Assembly: GCA_951406725.2 (NCBI GenBank)
Contig: OX597819.1
Location: 4,650,001-4,714,000 of the forward strand
Reading direction: 5' to 3'
Origin: Octopus vulgaris
Taxonomy: Eukaryota
DNA: 64,000 nucleotides
In this document: positions 24,351 to 41,616 of the stretch, piece after piece
Position numbering within the stretch: position 1 is the stretch's first letter
How the letters are laid out: each line of letters starts with the position of its first letter
Notes under the pieces: model-generated
Told to the model about the DNA's origin: nothing
Seen by the model: the letters and a program-made list of their open reading frames with translations, nothing else
Database searches by the model: none
Position numbers and translations under genes: made by a program

Positions 24351-25921
24351 CAGTTGCGGCCAAAATGTTCAGAACAGCATTGTTTTCGTCAGAAATGTGA
24401 GTATAAGTTTTTAGCAAAGTAGTTTTATATTCTATAATTTTCACAGACAATAAATACAATATTAATTGTTATTGTCTGAGATTTTGGCGTAATTTGAGAG
24501 GATAATACAAAAGTTATTGATGATTTAGTGATTTACTCCAAACCCCATCGCGGCCAAAATGATCAGAACGGTTGAAAAAAATAACAAATTAACCAAAAAT
24601 GACAGAGAATACTGGAATTATTTAATATTTAGTGTGAAGCCCTTTAGCTTCAATCACACTCTGACCTCTTCGACTGCATGAGGAAATTAAATTTTCAATT
24701 TCTTGCTGGGTGATCTTATTCCATTCTTCCTGAACGGCATTCCATAATTGCTCAGTTGTTTTAGGATTTCTGGCTTTCGAACGTTCTCCTAGAATATTCC
24801 ATACATTTTCAATAGGATTGAGATCTGGGCTTTGAGCAGGCCAATCCATAACAATAACCTTTTCAGCCTTGAGGAAGTTCATGACCACCTTAGCCTTGTG
24901 ACATGGGGCATTGTCCTGCATGAATATGGGTGGTCACTTAGTTGAATTTCTCAGCACAGGCAAGACATGATCTTTTACAAGTTGTTTATAAACTCCTGCA
25001 TTTACCTTTCCATGTAATCGCACCAAAGGGCCCACACCATCTCCAAATATCATCCCCCAAACCATGACACTTCCTCCACCGAATTTAACACTAGTCTTAA
25101 GGCATTTAGGCGACAATTTTTCACCTACTTTTCTACGAACGTACCTTTTCCCATCTGAGCCAAATAACGTAAACTTAGATTCATCACTGAAACCCACCGT
25201 TTGCCATTTTTCTTGAGACCTCAACACATGTTCGGTTGCAAAGGTAAGACGACACTTTTTATTCTTGGAACTGATCAGTGGCTTCACTGCAGGTGCTCTT
25301 GCTTGTAGGTCATGTTCAACTAAACGACGAGACACAGTTTTTCGAGATAAAGTTTTCTTCAATACAATGCTCATTTTCCGAGAAACAGCAGCAGCAGTTT
25401 TAAATCTGTCCTTTTAAACCATAGCACGATCTTCTCTCTTGGTCGTTTTTCTTGGCCTACCTGTAAACTTTCTTGCTTCACACGAACCACAATCATCGTA
25501 GACCTTAAGAATACCGTGTACAACACTTTTTGACTTGTTAACAAGCTTTGCAATAGACCCAATACTTAAATTATCCTTCCTTCGAAGCTTAATAATCTGC
25601 TGACGAATTGGTAACGGAGTAAGTGGCATTATATTTACAAAGTACACTGCAAATATTCTTACTAATGTTTAGTAAACGAACCGTCACGTAAACAAATTCA
25701 AAACATTAGAGTTCGCCGGTTAAATATACTAAAACACGGAGTAAAAGCAACCGTTCTGATCTTTTTGGCCGCCATGGGTTTTGGAGTAAATCACTAAATC
25801 ATCCATAACTTTTGTATTTATTGTCTGTGAAAATTATAGAATATAAAACAACTTTGATAAAACAAATTATATCTACTTTTCTGACGAAAACAATGCCATT
25901 CTGAACATTTTGTCGCCACTG
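24351..25921 (-). mobile_element. Tc1-family DNA transposon, IR/DR type, full length but transposase disrupted
   Basis: TA flanks; TIRs CAGTTGCGGCCAAAATGTTCAGAA / TTCTGAACATTTTGTCGCCACTG of about 180-225 bp with inner direct repeat GCGGCCAAAATGATCAGAACGGTTG. Confidence 0.93.
24622..25647 (-). pseudogene. Tc1 transposase (DD34E), in three pieces
   Basis: HTH + GRPRKTT (25414-25647), FSDESKF and GGGSVMVWG (24934-25374), QDNAPCH..WPAQSPDLNPIENVW (24622-24921); 34 residues between the second D and E. Confidence 0.92.
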
Positions 25922-26264
25922 TATTTAAATATTGATATATGATTCCTGAATTCCAAATATAGGTATCTTTTGAATTAAATATATTTTGAAGACAGTTAAA
26001 TCCCTGCGGTTAATTCCAGACGCCACTACGTATGAACTTCAAATTAATCTACTTCTCTATAGCTAATAAGATCTTACACTTGCATTTTGGTTTGTTTTGC
26101 GTTTTTTTTTGGGGGGGGGCACTTTGTTTTGTTTGTTCTTTGGCAGTGGGAACAAGTTGTGAGAAATTTTCGTTAATATTCATTTAAATATGATCTCTTA
26201 CATTTTATTTAATTAAATGGTACATATGACGTGTGTGTGTGTGTGTGTATGTGTGTAAATGTGC

Positions 26265-26304
<40 letters not shown>

Positions 26305-27849
26305 TTTGACGCTGAAATCTATATTATTCTCAAAAGATATTTATTACTCAAACTGAACTATCAGTAAGATTAGTTCTGTCCGGAAATAAAAACTAATCAG
26401 AGTTAACTAATGAAAATTTGATTAAACTTAGGCATGCAAGTAATTATCATCTTACAAGTAAATGTGTTAAAGAACATATGAGGCATATTTGAACATGCAA
26501 TCACGCTCATAACACTGGAAATAATAGAGAGAAGAAACTACTGTTTCCAAGTATTAGTGGCTTCGTCGTCATGCAATAACGTATTCACAACCAACGCAAG
26601 TGCTAGTTATAAAATTCCTCAGAACAGGTCTATGAGACAGCACTTTGAGTAAAACATTGGAAAATTGCCATGACTGGCTTCTTGAATCAAATTCAGAATA
26701 ATGAGTAGAGAAAGCAACAGCCAGCGACAAGAGAAGGAATGGCTAATAACACACAGGCGGTACAATAAACCGATTTAAACGCACGGAAACTTATCAACAA
26801 GGGTCACATTACCATGGTGTATATCACAGATCTACTTGCTTTTGACACCTAAGCATTTGTATCGGCACTCATTATGGAATTGGTCTTATCTAGTTGTCTG
26901 TTGTTAGTGTCTCGAGAAGACTGAGTAGAATAACTGAGAAAGTTCTGTCATCTAATTTGATTTGGCTTTTATGGATAAGCGCAGAGACATAAAAATAGTA
27001 TTTGGAGGATGGCTACATCACTTAGTACATTACTTTGTAAATATGGCGTTTCTGTCAGGTTAATGTTGTTGTTGTGTAGCTCCATTCAACCCTAATCAAC
27101 CAAACCGACTGCATATATTTTCTAAGATGGCCAGGTACGATTCATAAATCTGCTGGCGCACACCGACTTGTAGTGATGTAACATATCTATCACAGAGTGT
27201 AACACTTCTTTCATAAGTCCATGTATTCCAGTTCGTTTTGATGTAAACAACAACCGAGGCAGACATGGTGAATTTCATCAGAGGATGACAATTGCTATCG
27301 TTCTTCATCACTGTTCAATTTAGAATGATGTTGCAGTTGTTGTTGTGTACCACCTGTGTCAGTGCTCATCGAGCCGACCTACGTTCGTAAGTAGTTGGCC
27401 GAACGACGAGTAGGAAAAGAGTGGACAAGGTGACCTCAATCCAAACGCAACGGTTTCTACTTTTCTGCACTTATTGTTGGTGTTGTATATCCTAATAGAG
27501 TGTTTGCGTTAATCGCATTAGTGGTTCTGCAACTATTTTTGTGTGTACCTGTGCTGATTGGGATTATGGTATTTTATATCTGATAATTCATAGTATGAAA
27601 GACAGTGAAGGTTTGAATTTGCTGCAATGATAAACTGTACGCATAGAATATCCAGGTAATCTTTTCTATTTGATATTTTTGTAATTTTTACATGGGACGA
27701 GTGTTTATGAGAGACAGAGACAGACAGACAGACAGACAGAGAGTGTGAATGAATGTGTGTGTGCGTGCGTATGTTTTATGTGTAGACTCTTATGATACAT
27801 TGGTAATGATTTTTCTAGTGCTTTCTTTGGGATAGATTAGAAGTCTAAG

Positions 27850-28750
27850 CAATAATGGAATGATCCATGTTTTTTTAACCTTTTAGCCAAAATAATAACT
27901 GTAAATGTTTTGTGAATGTCCGTACATCGTTTTCCCTTACTATATCTTATGTCTGAGCTGTGAATGATAAAGAGCGTATGTAACTCCGAGTATTTTGTCT
28001 TCTATTTATGTGGCATATTTATATTGTTGAGTTATGTGGCTACTTTTATTTCGTGTTATCTGATGTTTCTAGTAAAAAGGGCGGTAGTGGTTTTGGTGGG
28101 TGCTACTGTTCTGGAGCGAGTTCCTAGAGTACGAGTAGAAAGGCAGCAATGTCTGGACGACTTGGAGATGATGTTTGTGCAAAACTCTCTGATGTATAAT
28201 ACTTTTCGCATGCTGTGAGGAGCTGTAGGAAGGTCGTGTTACTACAGATTTAAAAAAAAAAGAATGGATGAAAAAGTAAGCTTTGAAGCATTTTATTCGG
28301 TAAATTACAGATTGTAAATGTGTGGGTGACCTGAAATTTAATTTGGGAGCGATCGTTTTGTGTTGCTTCTTAAGATGTTGAGTATTATGCGTATAAGTGG
28401 ATAACGGGAAATGGAGTCGATGTAGATAGCTTAGAATATTACGTGTAATTTTACTGTTTTTGAGAGATTTTTTAAAAATTTCCGTTGCTTTTCTGGTGTT
28501 TAATGGAAGAAAGGTGGTCAAGGTAAGGTGTAATTCGTGTATATTGATTACCTCGATTGTTGCTGTGCATTTTATATAAGGTACTTGTGTATTATTTAAA
28601 GCTGGTGCAGAACTGTTATTATGATTGGGACGGAGCAATGATATCACTTCCTGCTTCTCTTACTATGCTCTGATATGGTTTGAGGTTTACTTGAGGTTTT
28701 GATGCTTCATATTGTCTGTTTATATGTGTGTGAGTATATTTTGAGGTGTA
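27850..28750 (-). mobile_element. Possible very degenerate LINE RT relic
   Basis: Scattered patches VISLLRPN, SKITRNILSYL, KILGVTY. Confidence 0.35.
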
Positions 28751-29315
28751 CTTACATTTCGAAGTATTTTATTTCTGGGTTCATGCAGAGCCATCGTTTC
28801 ATGTTTCTTAATGTTTAATTATTGTACCATTATCGCCCGGCCAGAATATTTCCTGTGACCTTTCCTTTCATGTGTAAATATATCTAGAAGTGAATTCGCA
28901 CATATATTCATTCATTTTAAGACGCAAGAGGGAAGAATTTGTGGAAAATTTAGTTACTATTTCTAGCAAATAAACTGAATGCACAGAGGTCTTTCTCAAT
29001 ACTTTGACAATGCAGTAGTAGAGCTGTAATGTTATAAAGACGTGTCTTAGTATTTGGAGAATTAAAAACGTTTAGTAGCAGAAATCGTGTTGGTTGGAGC
29101 TTTCTACAAATTGCTCTCGTTGCGTACAATGTAATCTTTTCTTAAGTATCTTCTTGTTTCATTCAGTCAGTGGTGCAATGAATACTATTCTGAGTAGTTT
29201 TGTAGTTTATAGTTGTTCTTGCTTATTCTCAGATTTGCTTGATCTGACACACCTATAATCAAAGACACTCCAATTCTGACCAGTCAATCTTTTGCATACA
29301 TACTTACACACATAC

Positions 29316-29384
<69 letters not shown>

Positions 29385-29385
<1 letters not shown>

Positions 29386-29660
29386 TATTAAGACTTTTTT
29401 AAAATTCTGTGATAAGACTGTACATCATCTTTAAAGAACTTTAATGAACTTTTGAAATCTGTTTATGTTACTTAATTATCTACATTACTTCATGAGTATA
29501 GCCTCAACCACTAGGATGTATAGAGAACTCACATGTATTTTAGCTGATGAGTACGGGACACGTTTATATGCTGTAATTTTTGCAACTTTTAATAAAACCT
29601 GTCCTTGTATGAAACGATTGTACTAAAAACCTATCCATTCTTGTTGCTTCATTCTCGCGT
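29385..29660 (+). mobile_element. Penelope-like terminal fragment between (TA)n tracts
   Basis: Hammerhead inside; 3' end resembles 60429-60480(-). Confidence 0.6.
29538..29628 (+). ncRNA. Type I hammerhead ribozyme motif with extended loop 2
   Basis: ttttag-CTGATGA-gtacgggaca...tgtccttgtat-GAAA-cgatt-GTA-ctaaaa. Confidence 0.75.
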
Positions 29661-29989
29661 ATATATATATATATATATAGTGAACACAATGTGCTGGTAT
29701 GCTCGGACAGTGCATACATAAGAATAAATTTAAATATGAAACAGAAGCATCACTAGTGCAATAAACATGACCAACTACATATACTTAATATACACACCTT
29801 GTGTATTTGCTGGTAGGCTGCAGTATGGCGTGTTGGGCAATACTCTCTCAAAGCGCCGGTTGATAACATTTATAACACTAGCGCTACTTCTCATTCCTAT
29901 TTGAATCTATTCTTACGTATACATTGTCCGGGTATACTAGCACATAGTTTTCACGCTATATGAAAATAGGATGTGGACTCTGTGTGTGT

Positions 29990-30185
29990 GTGTGACTACC
30001 ATTTGACAACTGGTGTTGGTGTGTTTACGTCCCCTTAACTTAACGGTTCGGTCAGAGTACTGACAGAATAAGTACCAGGCTTAAAAAGAAAATAAGTACT
30101 GAGGTCGATTAGTTCGACTAAAATTCGTTAAGGCGGTGATCCAGCATGGCCGCAATCTTATGACTGAAGCGAGATAAAGATAAAT
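29990..30185 (+). mobile_element. SINE family B 3' half
   Basis: TTGACAACTGGTGTTGGTGTGTTTACGTCCCC..CCAGCATGGCCGCA. Confidence 0.75.
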
Positions 30186-30262
30186 GACAAATGATAGCAT
30201 TCTCCTCCATATTCACCTCTAATGAATCGAAAGAAAAATGAATGTACCTATCGCAATATATA

Positions 30263-30317
<55 letters not shown>

Positions 30318-30320
<3 letters not shown>

Positions 30321-30720
30321 CGCAGGGGTGGCTGTGTGGTAAGTAGCTTGCTAACCAACCACATGGTTCCGGGTTCAATCTCACTGCGTGGCATCTTGGG
30401 CAAGTGTCTTCTGCTATAGCCCCGGGCCGACCAATGCCTTGTGAGTGGATTTGGTAGACAGAAACTGAAAGAAGCCTGTCGTATATATGTATATGTGTGT
30501 GTGTGTGTGTGTCTGTGTGTCTGTGTTTGTCCCCCTAGCATTGCTTTTGACATTGCTGGTGTGTTTACGTCCCCGTTACTTAGCGGTTCGGCAAAAGAGA
30601 CCGATAGAATAAGTACTGGGCTTACAAAGAATAAGCCCCGCGGTCGATTTGCTCGACTAAAGGCGGTGCTCCAGCATGGCCGCAGTCAAATGACTGAAAC
30701 AAGTAAAAGAGTAAAAGAGT
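30318..30720 (+). mobile_element. SINE family B, full length
   Basis: Colinear with 15750-16158. Confidence 0.88.
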
Positions 30721-30823
30721 ATATATATATATATATATATATAATAATAAATATTAGGGAATGAATCCAAAATTACAGGGAAAAATCAGATTTAGGGTTA
30801 AATCCAATTTTATAGTAAAATAT

Positions 30824-30998
30824 TATATAATATAATTCGAGACAAAACCACTATTTTAAAACCAAACAAGGAAAGACTTAATCAATACATAAAATTTTAA
30901 TATAAATTAAATAAATTTATATTAAAATTTTATGTATTGATTAAGTCTTTCCTTGTTTGGTTTTAAAATAGTGGTTTTGTCTCGAATTATATTATATA
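30824..30998. repeat. Near-perfect 85-bp-arm palindrome
   Basis: 30824-30908 is the reverse complement of 30914-30998. Confidence 0.9.
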
Positions 30999-31232
30999 TA
31001 TATATATATATATAGAACCTTTCTGCTATGAGACAAAAGACAAACGAATTATATTGCCGACTATTGTTATGTGCAGTCATAGACGTACAAATGGAGGTTT
31101 GTTGGGTAGTTTGTGATTTCCTATTTCGTTTTTTTAATGGTGGTTGCTTAAATTATGCACTTTAGTTCTGTAAACGCTGTCTTGACTGTGCTGTAACAGA
31201 ATGATATGATTACACTATTACAGTAATCTCAA

Positions 31233-32665
31233 GTGTGTGCGTGTGTATGCGTGTGTGTGTGTGCGTGCTTGTGTATGTGTGTATGCGTATGTATGCGTGT
31301 GTGTGTGTGTGTGTGTGTGTTTCTTCATATAGGTTCGTGTTTATTCTTTTTAAATACCACGTGGCGTAATTCCGCATCACATCCTGATTTTTGTATGCTA
31401 ATATACAGAGGTGGTATTTTGAGTTGTAATGTAGTTATTTAGGACTCTGTGAGTGTAAGTGTGTGTGTGTGGGTCCATACTAGCGTGCGTCGGCGCGCGC
31501 ATATGTCCGTGTGTGCCCGCGTGTGTACCTATGTATGTGCGCGCGTGTGTTCGTGTGCATATAACAGTATGTGCGAGTGTGTGTGTGTGTGTGTGCGCGC
31601 GCGCGTGTGTGGTCGCCTATGCATGCGTGCGTCCATGCGTGCATACGTCCGTGTGCGCGTGCATGTGAATGTATGTATATGTGTGTGCGTGCGCGCCTCT
31701 GTGTGTGTGTATATCTATATGTGATTACATTCATGCATGCTTGCATCCATGCTTGCTGACATCCGCGTGTGTGTGTGTGTGTGTGTGTAAGTTTGTGTAT
31801 ATGTATACGTATGTATGTGTGTGTTTGTGTGTATGTGTGTATGTACATGCTTGCGTGCATCCATCCATGCGTGCGTCTGTGTGTACATCCGTGTATGCGT
31901 GTGTGCAGGCGGGTGCGTGCGTGTGCGTATATGTTTGTGCATGTGGGTGCATGCTTGTGTGCGTCCATGCGTGCTGTACGTGTGTATAAATGCATGTACG
32001 TCGTGTGTGTCTGCGCACGCGTTTGATATTGCATTGGGTCTGCAAGGAGCTCCTAAGCCTTCTCTTCGTCTAATCTTTTTATTTTGTTTTTTCCATTCCT
32101 TGTTATACGCAGTCGTATTTACCATTACATTACGCCTGAAGTGCAGCTGCTATCTGGGATACCTTTAATATATACATCCGATCACTTGGTTCACGGTTTA
32201 TTTAGTGTTTGTTTTCTATTTCTGCACACACACACACACACACGCACACACGCACGCACATACACACACAAATGCACAACACATACATACACACATACAA
32301 ACACACGCACACACACACACATATACACATGCACACACGCTCAAACACACGTACACACACACAAACACACACAGACACAGGCACAAACACACACACACAA
32401 ACACACTCAAACACACACACACGCATACACACATGCACACACGCTCAAACACACGTACACACACACAAACACACACAGACACACGCACAAACACACACAC
32501 ACAAACACACTCAAACACACACACGCATACACATATGCGCATACACACACACACACACACACATACACACACACGCACGCACAAGCACACACACACTCAC
32601 TTACGCCCGCCCCCCCCACACACACACACACATACACATATACACACATATACACACGCACATGC
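31233..32665. repeat. Cryptic (TG)n region (31233-32025) and (CA)n region (32223-32665)
   Basis: Direct. Confidence 0.9.
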
Positions 32666-33156
32666 ATTCAACGAATAAGCAAATATGTATGAATATATGA
32701 CAAAGACAAAATCGAATCTGGAACCGAATTCTAACGTTTGGAATACTCATTTGTCTCAGAAATTCCTCCTATTCTCTGAGACTGGAACATGTGATTTCAT
32801 TTCCATAAAGATACTTACGTCATTGCTGCTGCTGCTGCTGCTGTTGTTGTTGTTGTTATTGTTGTTGTTGTTGTTGTTGTTGTTATTGTTGTTGTTGTTG
32901 CTACTGCTGTTTTGTGGTTCTTGTAGCTGTTTTGTTTTTGTTGTTGTTGTTAATCCCACCCAGATCGGGTTTATGTAGGACCTACAAATCCAATTCAACC
33001 TCTTTCGCTTTTGAAGGTGATGGGAGTTGGGGGGGGGTTGATATCAGAACAATTTGACTGCTATTTCTAGCAGACCAAAGGGCTCCTCACTACATTTTCT
33101 ACCGGAAAGAGCGTTATGGCTAACCACCGAGTCGGTCTTGATAGAAGGGGGTGGAA

Positions 33157-33536
33157 GCACTCCGTCGGTTACGACGACGAGGGTTCCGGTTGATCCGATG
33201 AACGGAACAGCCTGCTCGTGAAATTAACGTGTAAGTGGCTGAGCACTCCACAGACACGTGTACCCTTAACGTAGTTCTCGGGGATATTCAGCGTGACACA
33301 GAGAGTGACAAGGCCGGCCCTTTGAAATACAGGTACAACAGAAACAGGAAGTAAGAGTGAGAGAAAGTTGTGGTGAAAGAGTACAGCAGGGATCGCCACC
33401 ATCCCCTGCCGGAGCCTCGTGGAGCTTTTAGGTGTTTTCGCTCAATAAACACTCACAACGCCCGGTCTGGGAATCGAAACCGCGATCCTATGACCGCGAG
33501 TCCGCTGCCCTAACCACTGGGCCATTGCGCCTCCAC
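33157..33536 (-). mobile_element. SINE head C with tail T1, well preserved
   Basis: GTGGAGGCGCAATGGCCCAGTGGTTAGGGCAGCGGACTCG..GGTTTCGATTCCC. Confidence 0.88.
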
Positions 33537-33607
33537 CTTGATAGAATAGACCTATGATGAAACAATCATGGCCATCCAGCTCTTCTCTTTTTTTCTCTTC
33601 TTGATTT

Positions 33608-34045
33608 AGGTGCAGGTATGACTGTGGGGTTAAGAAGCTCGCTTTGCATCCACGTGATTTTGGGTTCAGTCCCAATCCGCGGTACCTTATGCTGCTATAG
33701 ACCCGGGCCAACCAATGCCTTGCAAGTGAATTTGGCAAACGGAAATTGTGTGGAAGCCCGCCATATGTGTGTGAGTGTGTGGGGGGGAGTGTGAGTGTGA
33801 GTGAGTGAGTGAGTGAGTGAGTGAGTGAGTGAGTAAGTGAGTGAGTGAGTGAGTGTCTTTGTATCTGTGTTTGCGTCCGTCTCCCCACTACCACTTAACA
33901 ACCGGTGTTGGCTCGTTTGCGTCCCTTTTGATGCCGATGGAACAAGTAACAGGCTTGAAAAAAAATAAGAAGTGGGGTCGATCTGTTTGATTCGAACCCT
34001 TCAAAGCGATGTTTCAGCATGGCCGCAGTCCAATGACTGAAAAGA
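33608..34045 (+). mobile_element. Older SINE family B copy with internal (GAGT)n
   Basis: Degenerate head and tail. Confidence 0.7.
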
Positions 34046-34481
34046 AATCCAATGATTTCCAAAGTATGCTTCCTACTTTTATTTATTTATCTATTTCTTT
34101 TTAAATGATTGTGCATGTGATTTGAGAGTGATTTGGCTGCTACTTCTATTTTGAGTGGCTGCGTAGAGATGCTCATGTTTAGCTTACGTGAATAGAGCTA
34201 ATTGGACATGTACGACAACACAACCACTGTCGACGTGTCAGCGATGATGGCCAAGAGACAGACTTCTGTTTAGCTTTCCTTCCCTTCACTAATTATCTCA
34301 CCTTGGCAACCAACAAGGTTTAGTTATCTCTTCACACTCTCATCTTAGCAACGTAGCAACAAGAAGTGTTTACGAACCTATTATAAGAATATGAACATGT
34401 TGCTAAGACAACGCTGTGTTACGTTCGTAAAGTAAAACATGCTGTTGCATCACTTTATTATCTATTTTCATTTATTTCTAA

Positions 34482-34877
34482 CTAGCAGTATCGCCCGGCG
34501 TTGCTCGGGTTTGTAAGGGAAATAACTATATAAGCATTTTTAGAGATGTAAAGTATAATAGCCATCTCAATATGGCTAACCACAAAGGGGAGGGGGTTAC
34601 TGTAGCTTTTTACGTTCTGAGATTTACTAATAAATTTTTAGAGAGTTACTTCCCTTATATATGCCAAAAATGCATTAAAAATGGGAAAAATTGATGGTAA
34701 ATTTTTTTTTAATCGTAGACTCATCGTAGACGCGCGCTAATACCCAGAAGGGCTCGATATGAATCACGACTATAAGATACCCGGTTTTGGTTAAACTGCA
34801 CCGCAAAATGTGGGAGTAGTTAGGAATCTAAATCGTAGGAGACAGACAGCACACAACCTCACTTTTATATATAAAGA
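34482..34877 (-). mobile_element. Non-autonomous Helitron (~396 bp, short form)
   Basis: 5' TC, subterminal hairpin CCCGAGCAACGCCGGG, 3' CTAG, inserted between A and T, no TSD. Confidence 0.85.
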
Positions 34878-34959
34878 TGTAACTTAATACGTATATAAAA
34901 TATACGATCTAATTGGAATTATAAGCAGTTGTTAATTTTGTAATATTGATAATAACCAT

Positions 34960-35085
34960 TTCAAATTTTAGCACAGGGCCAGCAATTTTAGGCGAAGGTG
35001 GAATCGATTATATCGACCCCAGGGCTCAACTTTATTTTATTGACCCCGAAAAGATGAAAGACAAAGTTCACCGTGACGGAATTTA
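34960..35085 (-). mobile_element. SINE family A fragment
   Basis: Reverse complement of the core. Confidence 0.65.
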
Positions 35086-35100
35086 TTTTTAGAAAAAAAT

Positions 35101-39536
<4,436 letters not shown>

Positions 39537-39737
39537 CCTATCTACTATAAGCACACAAAGCCTGAAATTTTGGGGGCGGGGACTAATCGCTTAAATCGTT
39601 CTTATTTCATCGATTGGGAAAGGATGGAAGTCAAAGTCTACTTTGGCGGAATTTGAACTCAAAACGTAAATTCAAAAGAAATGTCACTAAGCCTTTTGTC
39701 CGATACACCAACGGTTCTGCCAGCTCACCACCCTTAA
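39537..39737 (-). mobile_element. SINE family A copy whose 3' tail runs into the giant (ATT)n array
   Basis: Head GGGTGGTGAGCTGGCAGAACCGTT at ~39730(-); 3' end ..TAGTAGATAGG-ATTATT. Confidence 0.75.
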
Positions 39738-39873
39738 CAGATAGCACTTCCAGTGGCCCGGGAACAAAATTTGCTTAGTGGGTGCAAACCAAGGTCCAAA
39801 TTTTTTTTACGAAAGAAGTGGATTTTTTCAATGTTAACATTAAAACAAATGCAAATAAAATAATTTTTATTAT

Positions 39874-40385
39874 TATGAGGCTCAGCTGAAATGATCATAG
39901 ACTGAGCAAGAAACCCTCATGGAATATCACCAAATGAAGTTCATTGTTTAACATAGTTCCTCTTACTGTCCACACATTTCCATCAGTAGTTGCAGTATTT
40001 GGATCACTCTTGAGAAGAAACTATCCTGTTGGTTAAAATAGTTATCAAAAGCAGATAAGACGTCATCACCACAGCGATCCTGGTGCCCAGCCGAGTGTTT
40101 TTTAATGTTGGGAAACAGATGAGGATCAGATAGAGCCAAATCACTAGCATAAGGAAGGTGATCAATCAGTTTAAAGCCAGTCACGCACAGCAGCCATTGA
40201 AACCAAGGACTTGTGTGCTGAAGCATTGTCCTAATGAAATAAGACCCCATTCATCAGTTTTTCTGGGCGCTTGATCTTGATAGACTTTTATAACTGCCTT
40301 AGCAAGTTGGCATTGAACTTTCCATTAATGGTGTGATCATTTCCAAGACAGTCAATGAACACAATATTTTTTGCATTAACGCATA
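39874..40385 (-). mobile_element. Degenerate mariner (DD34D-type) 3' fragment
   Basis: LIDHLPYASDLALSDPHLFPNIKK resembles HPPYSPDLAPSDYHLF; TIR-like TATGAGGCTCAGCTGAAATGATCATAGAC at 39874. Confidence 0.75.
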
Positions 40386-40768
40386 ATATATGTAATAATG
40401 TGAAGTATATTTTGTATATTAAAATGTTTAATTTCGGGAATATATGAAACGAAGCAAACACGAGCAGTAAAAATACAAATTGCAAGTATTTCAAACTGTG
40501 GGACACTATATATATACTTTTTATTTTGATACTGACGGTGCCTTAGTTCAGTAGTATAACTTTGAAGAGAATTCCCTTGGGAATTTTATGACCAGCATCA
40601 TCAGTAAACATTTTAGACTTTTTTAAATTTATTTTTGTCATCTGTTCTTGTTTTGAAAAGAAACCTGACTTCAAGCAACTTTTTACAGATCAATTTTTAT
40701 ACACTATTTTGTAAAACTGGAAAGTATGTTGTGGTGCAAATTTTGATTTTGCATCCGCGAAAATTTCT

Positions 40769-40959
40769 GGGCGCAGGAGTGGCTGTGTGGTAAGTAGCTT
40801 GCTTACCAACCACATGGTTACAGGTTCAGTCCCACTTCGTGGCACCTTGGGTGAGTGTCTTCTACTATAGCCTCGGGCCGACCATAGCCTTGTGAGTGGA
40901 TTTGATAGACGGAAACTGGAAGAAGCCCGTCGTATATATGTATGTGTATATATGTGTGT

Positions 40960-41017
<58 letters not shown>

Positions 41018-41230
41018 GTGTGTTTGTGTGTCTGTGTTTGTTCCCCCAACATCGCTTGACAACCGATACTGGTGTGTTTACGTCCCCGTAATTTAGCGGT
41101 TTAGCAAAAGAGACCGATAGAATAAGTACTAGGCTTACAAAGAATAAGTCCTGGGGTCGATTTGCTCGACTAAAGGTGGTGCTCCATCATGACCGCATTC
41201 AAATGACTGAAACAAGTAAAAGAATAAAAA
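40769..41230 (+). mobile_element. SINE family B, full length
   Basis: Colinear with other copies. Confidence 0.88.
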
Positions 41231-41616
41231 GTAACAGAGGATGCAAGCGCACCACCTGCACCCCCTGTTCCCGGGCACTTCACCGTCACGTGCTGTTGCT
41301 AAAACTCATATAATGCGAATTCTCATTGTTGAAAGCATTCGAGCCAGGTCTCTGGTTTGAGTATATCTTCCTCACTCCCACTCCCCATTCTCAGACGCCA
41401 TGTAAAAGATCACTCGGTACAATCCCTCATATAACAACTCGGCTTTCTTCTCTGCATTACTGGTTTAACAGATTTCTTTCCCTGCCTTCACAGGAGAGTG
41501 CTGCTCCGAAAGAGCTTTGTAGCCTTTGGTGGTCGTCAAAACTTGCAAAATCACACAGACCCAACCCTACCACATTTTGTGGGACTTTTGCACCCTCCGC
41601 CTGACCGTAGAGTGCC

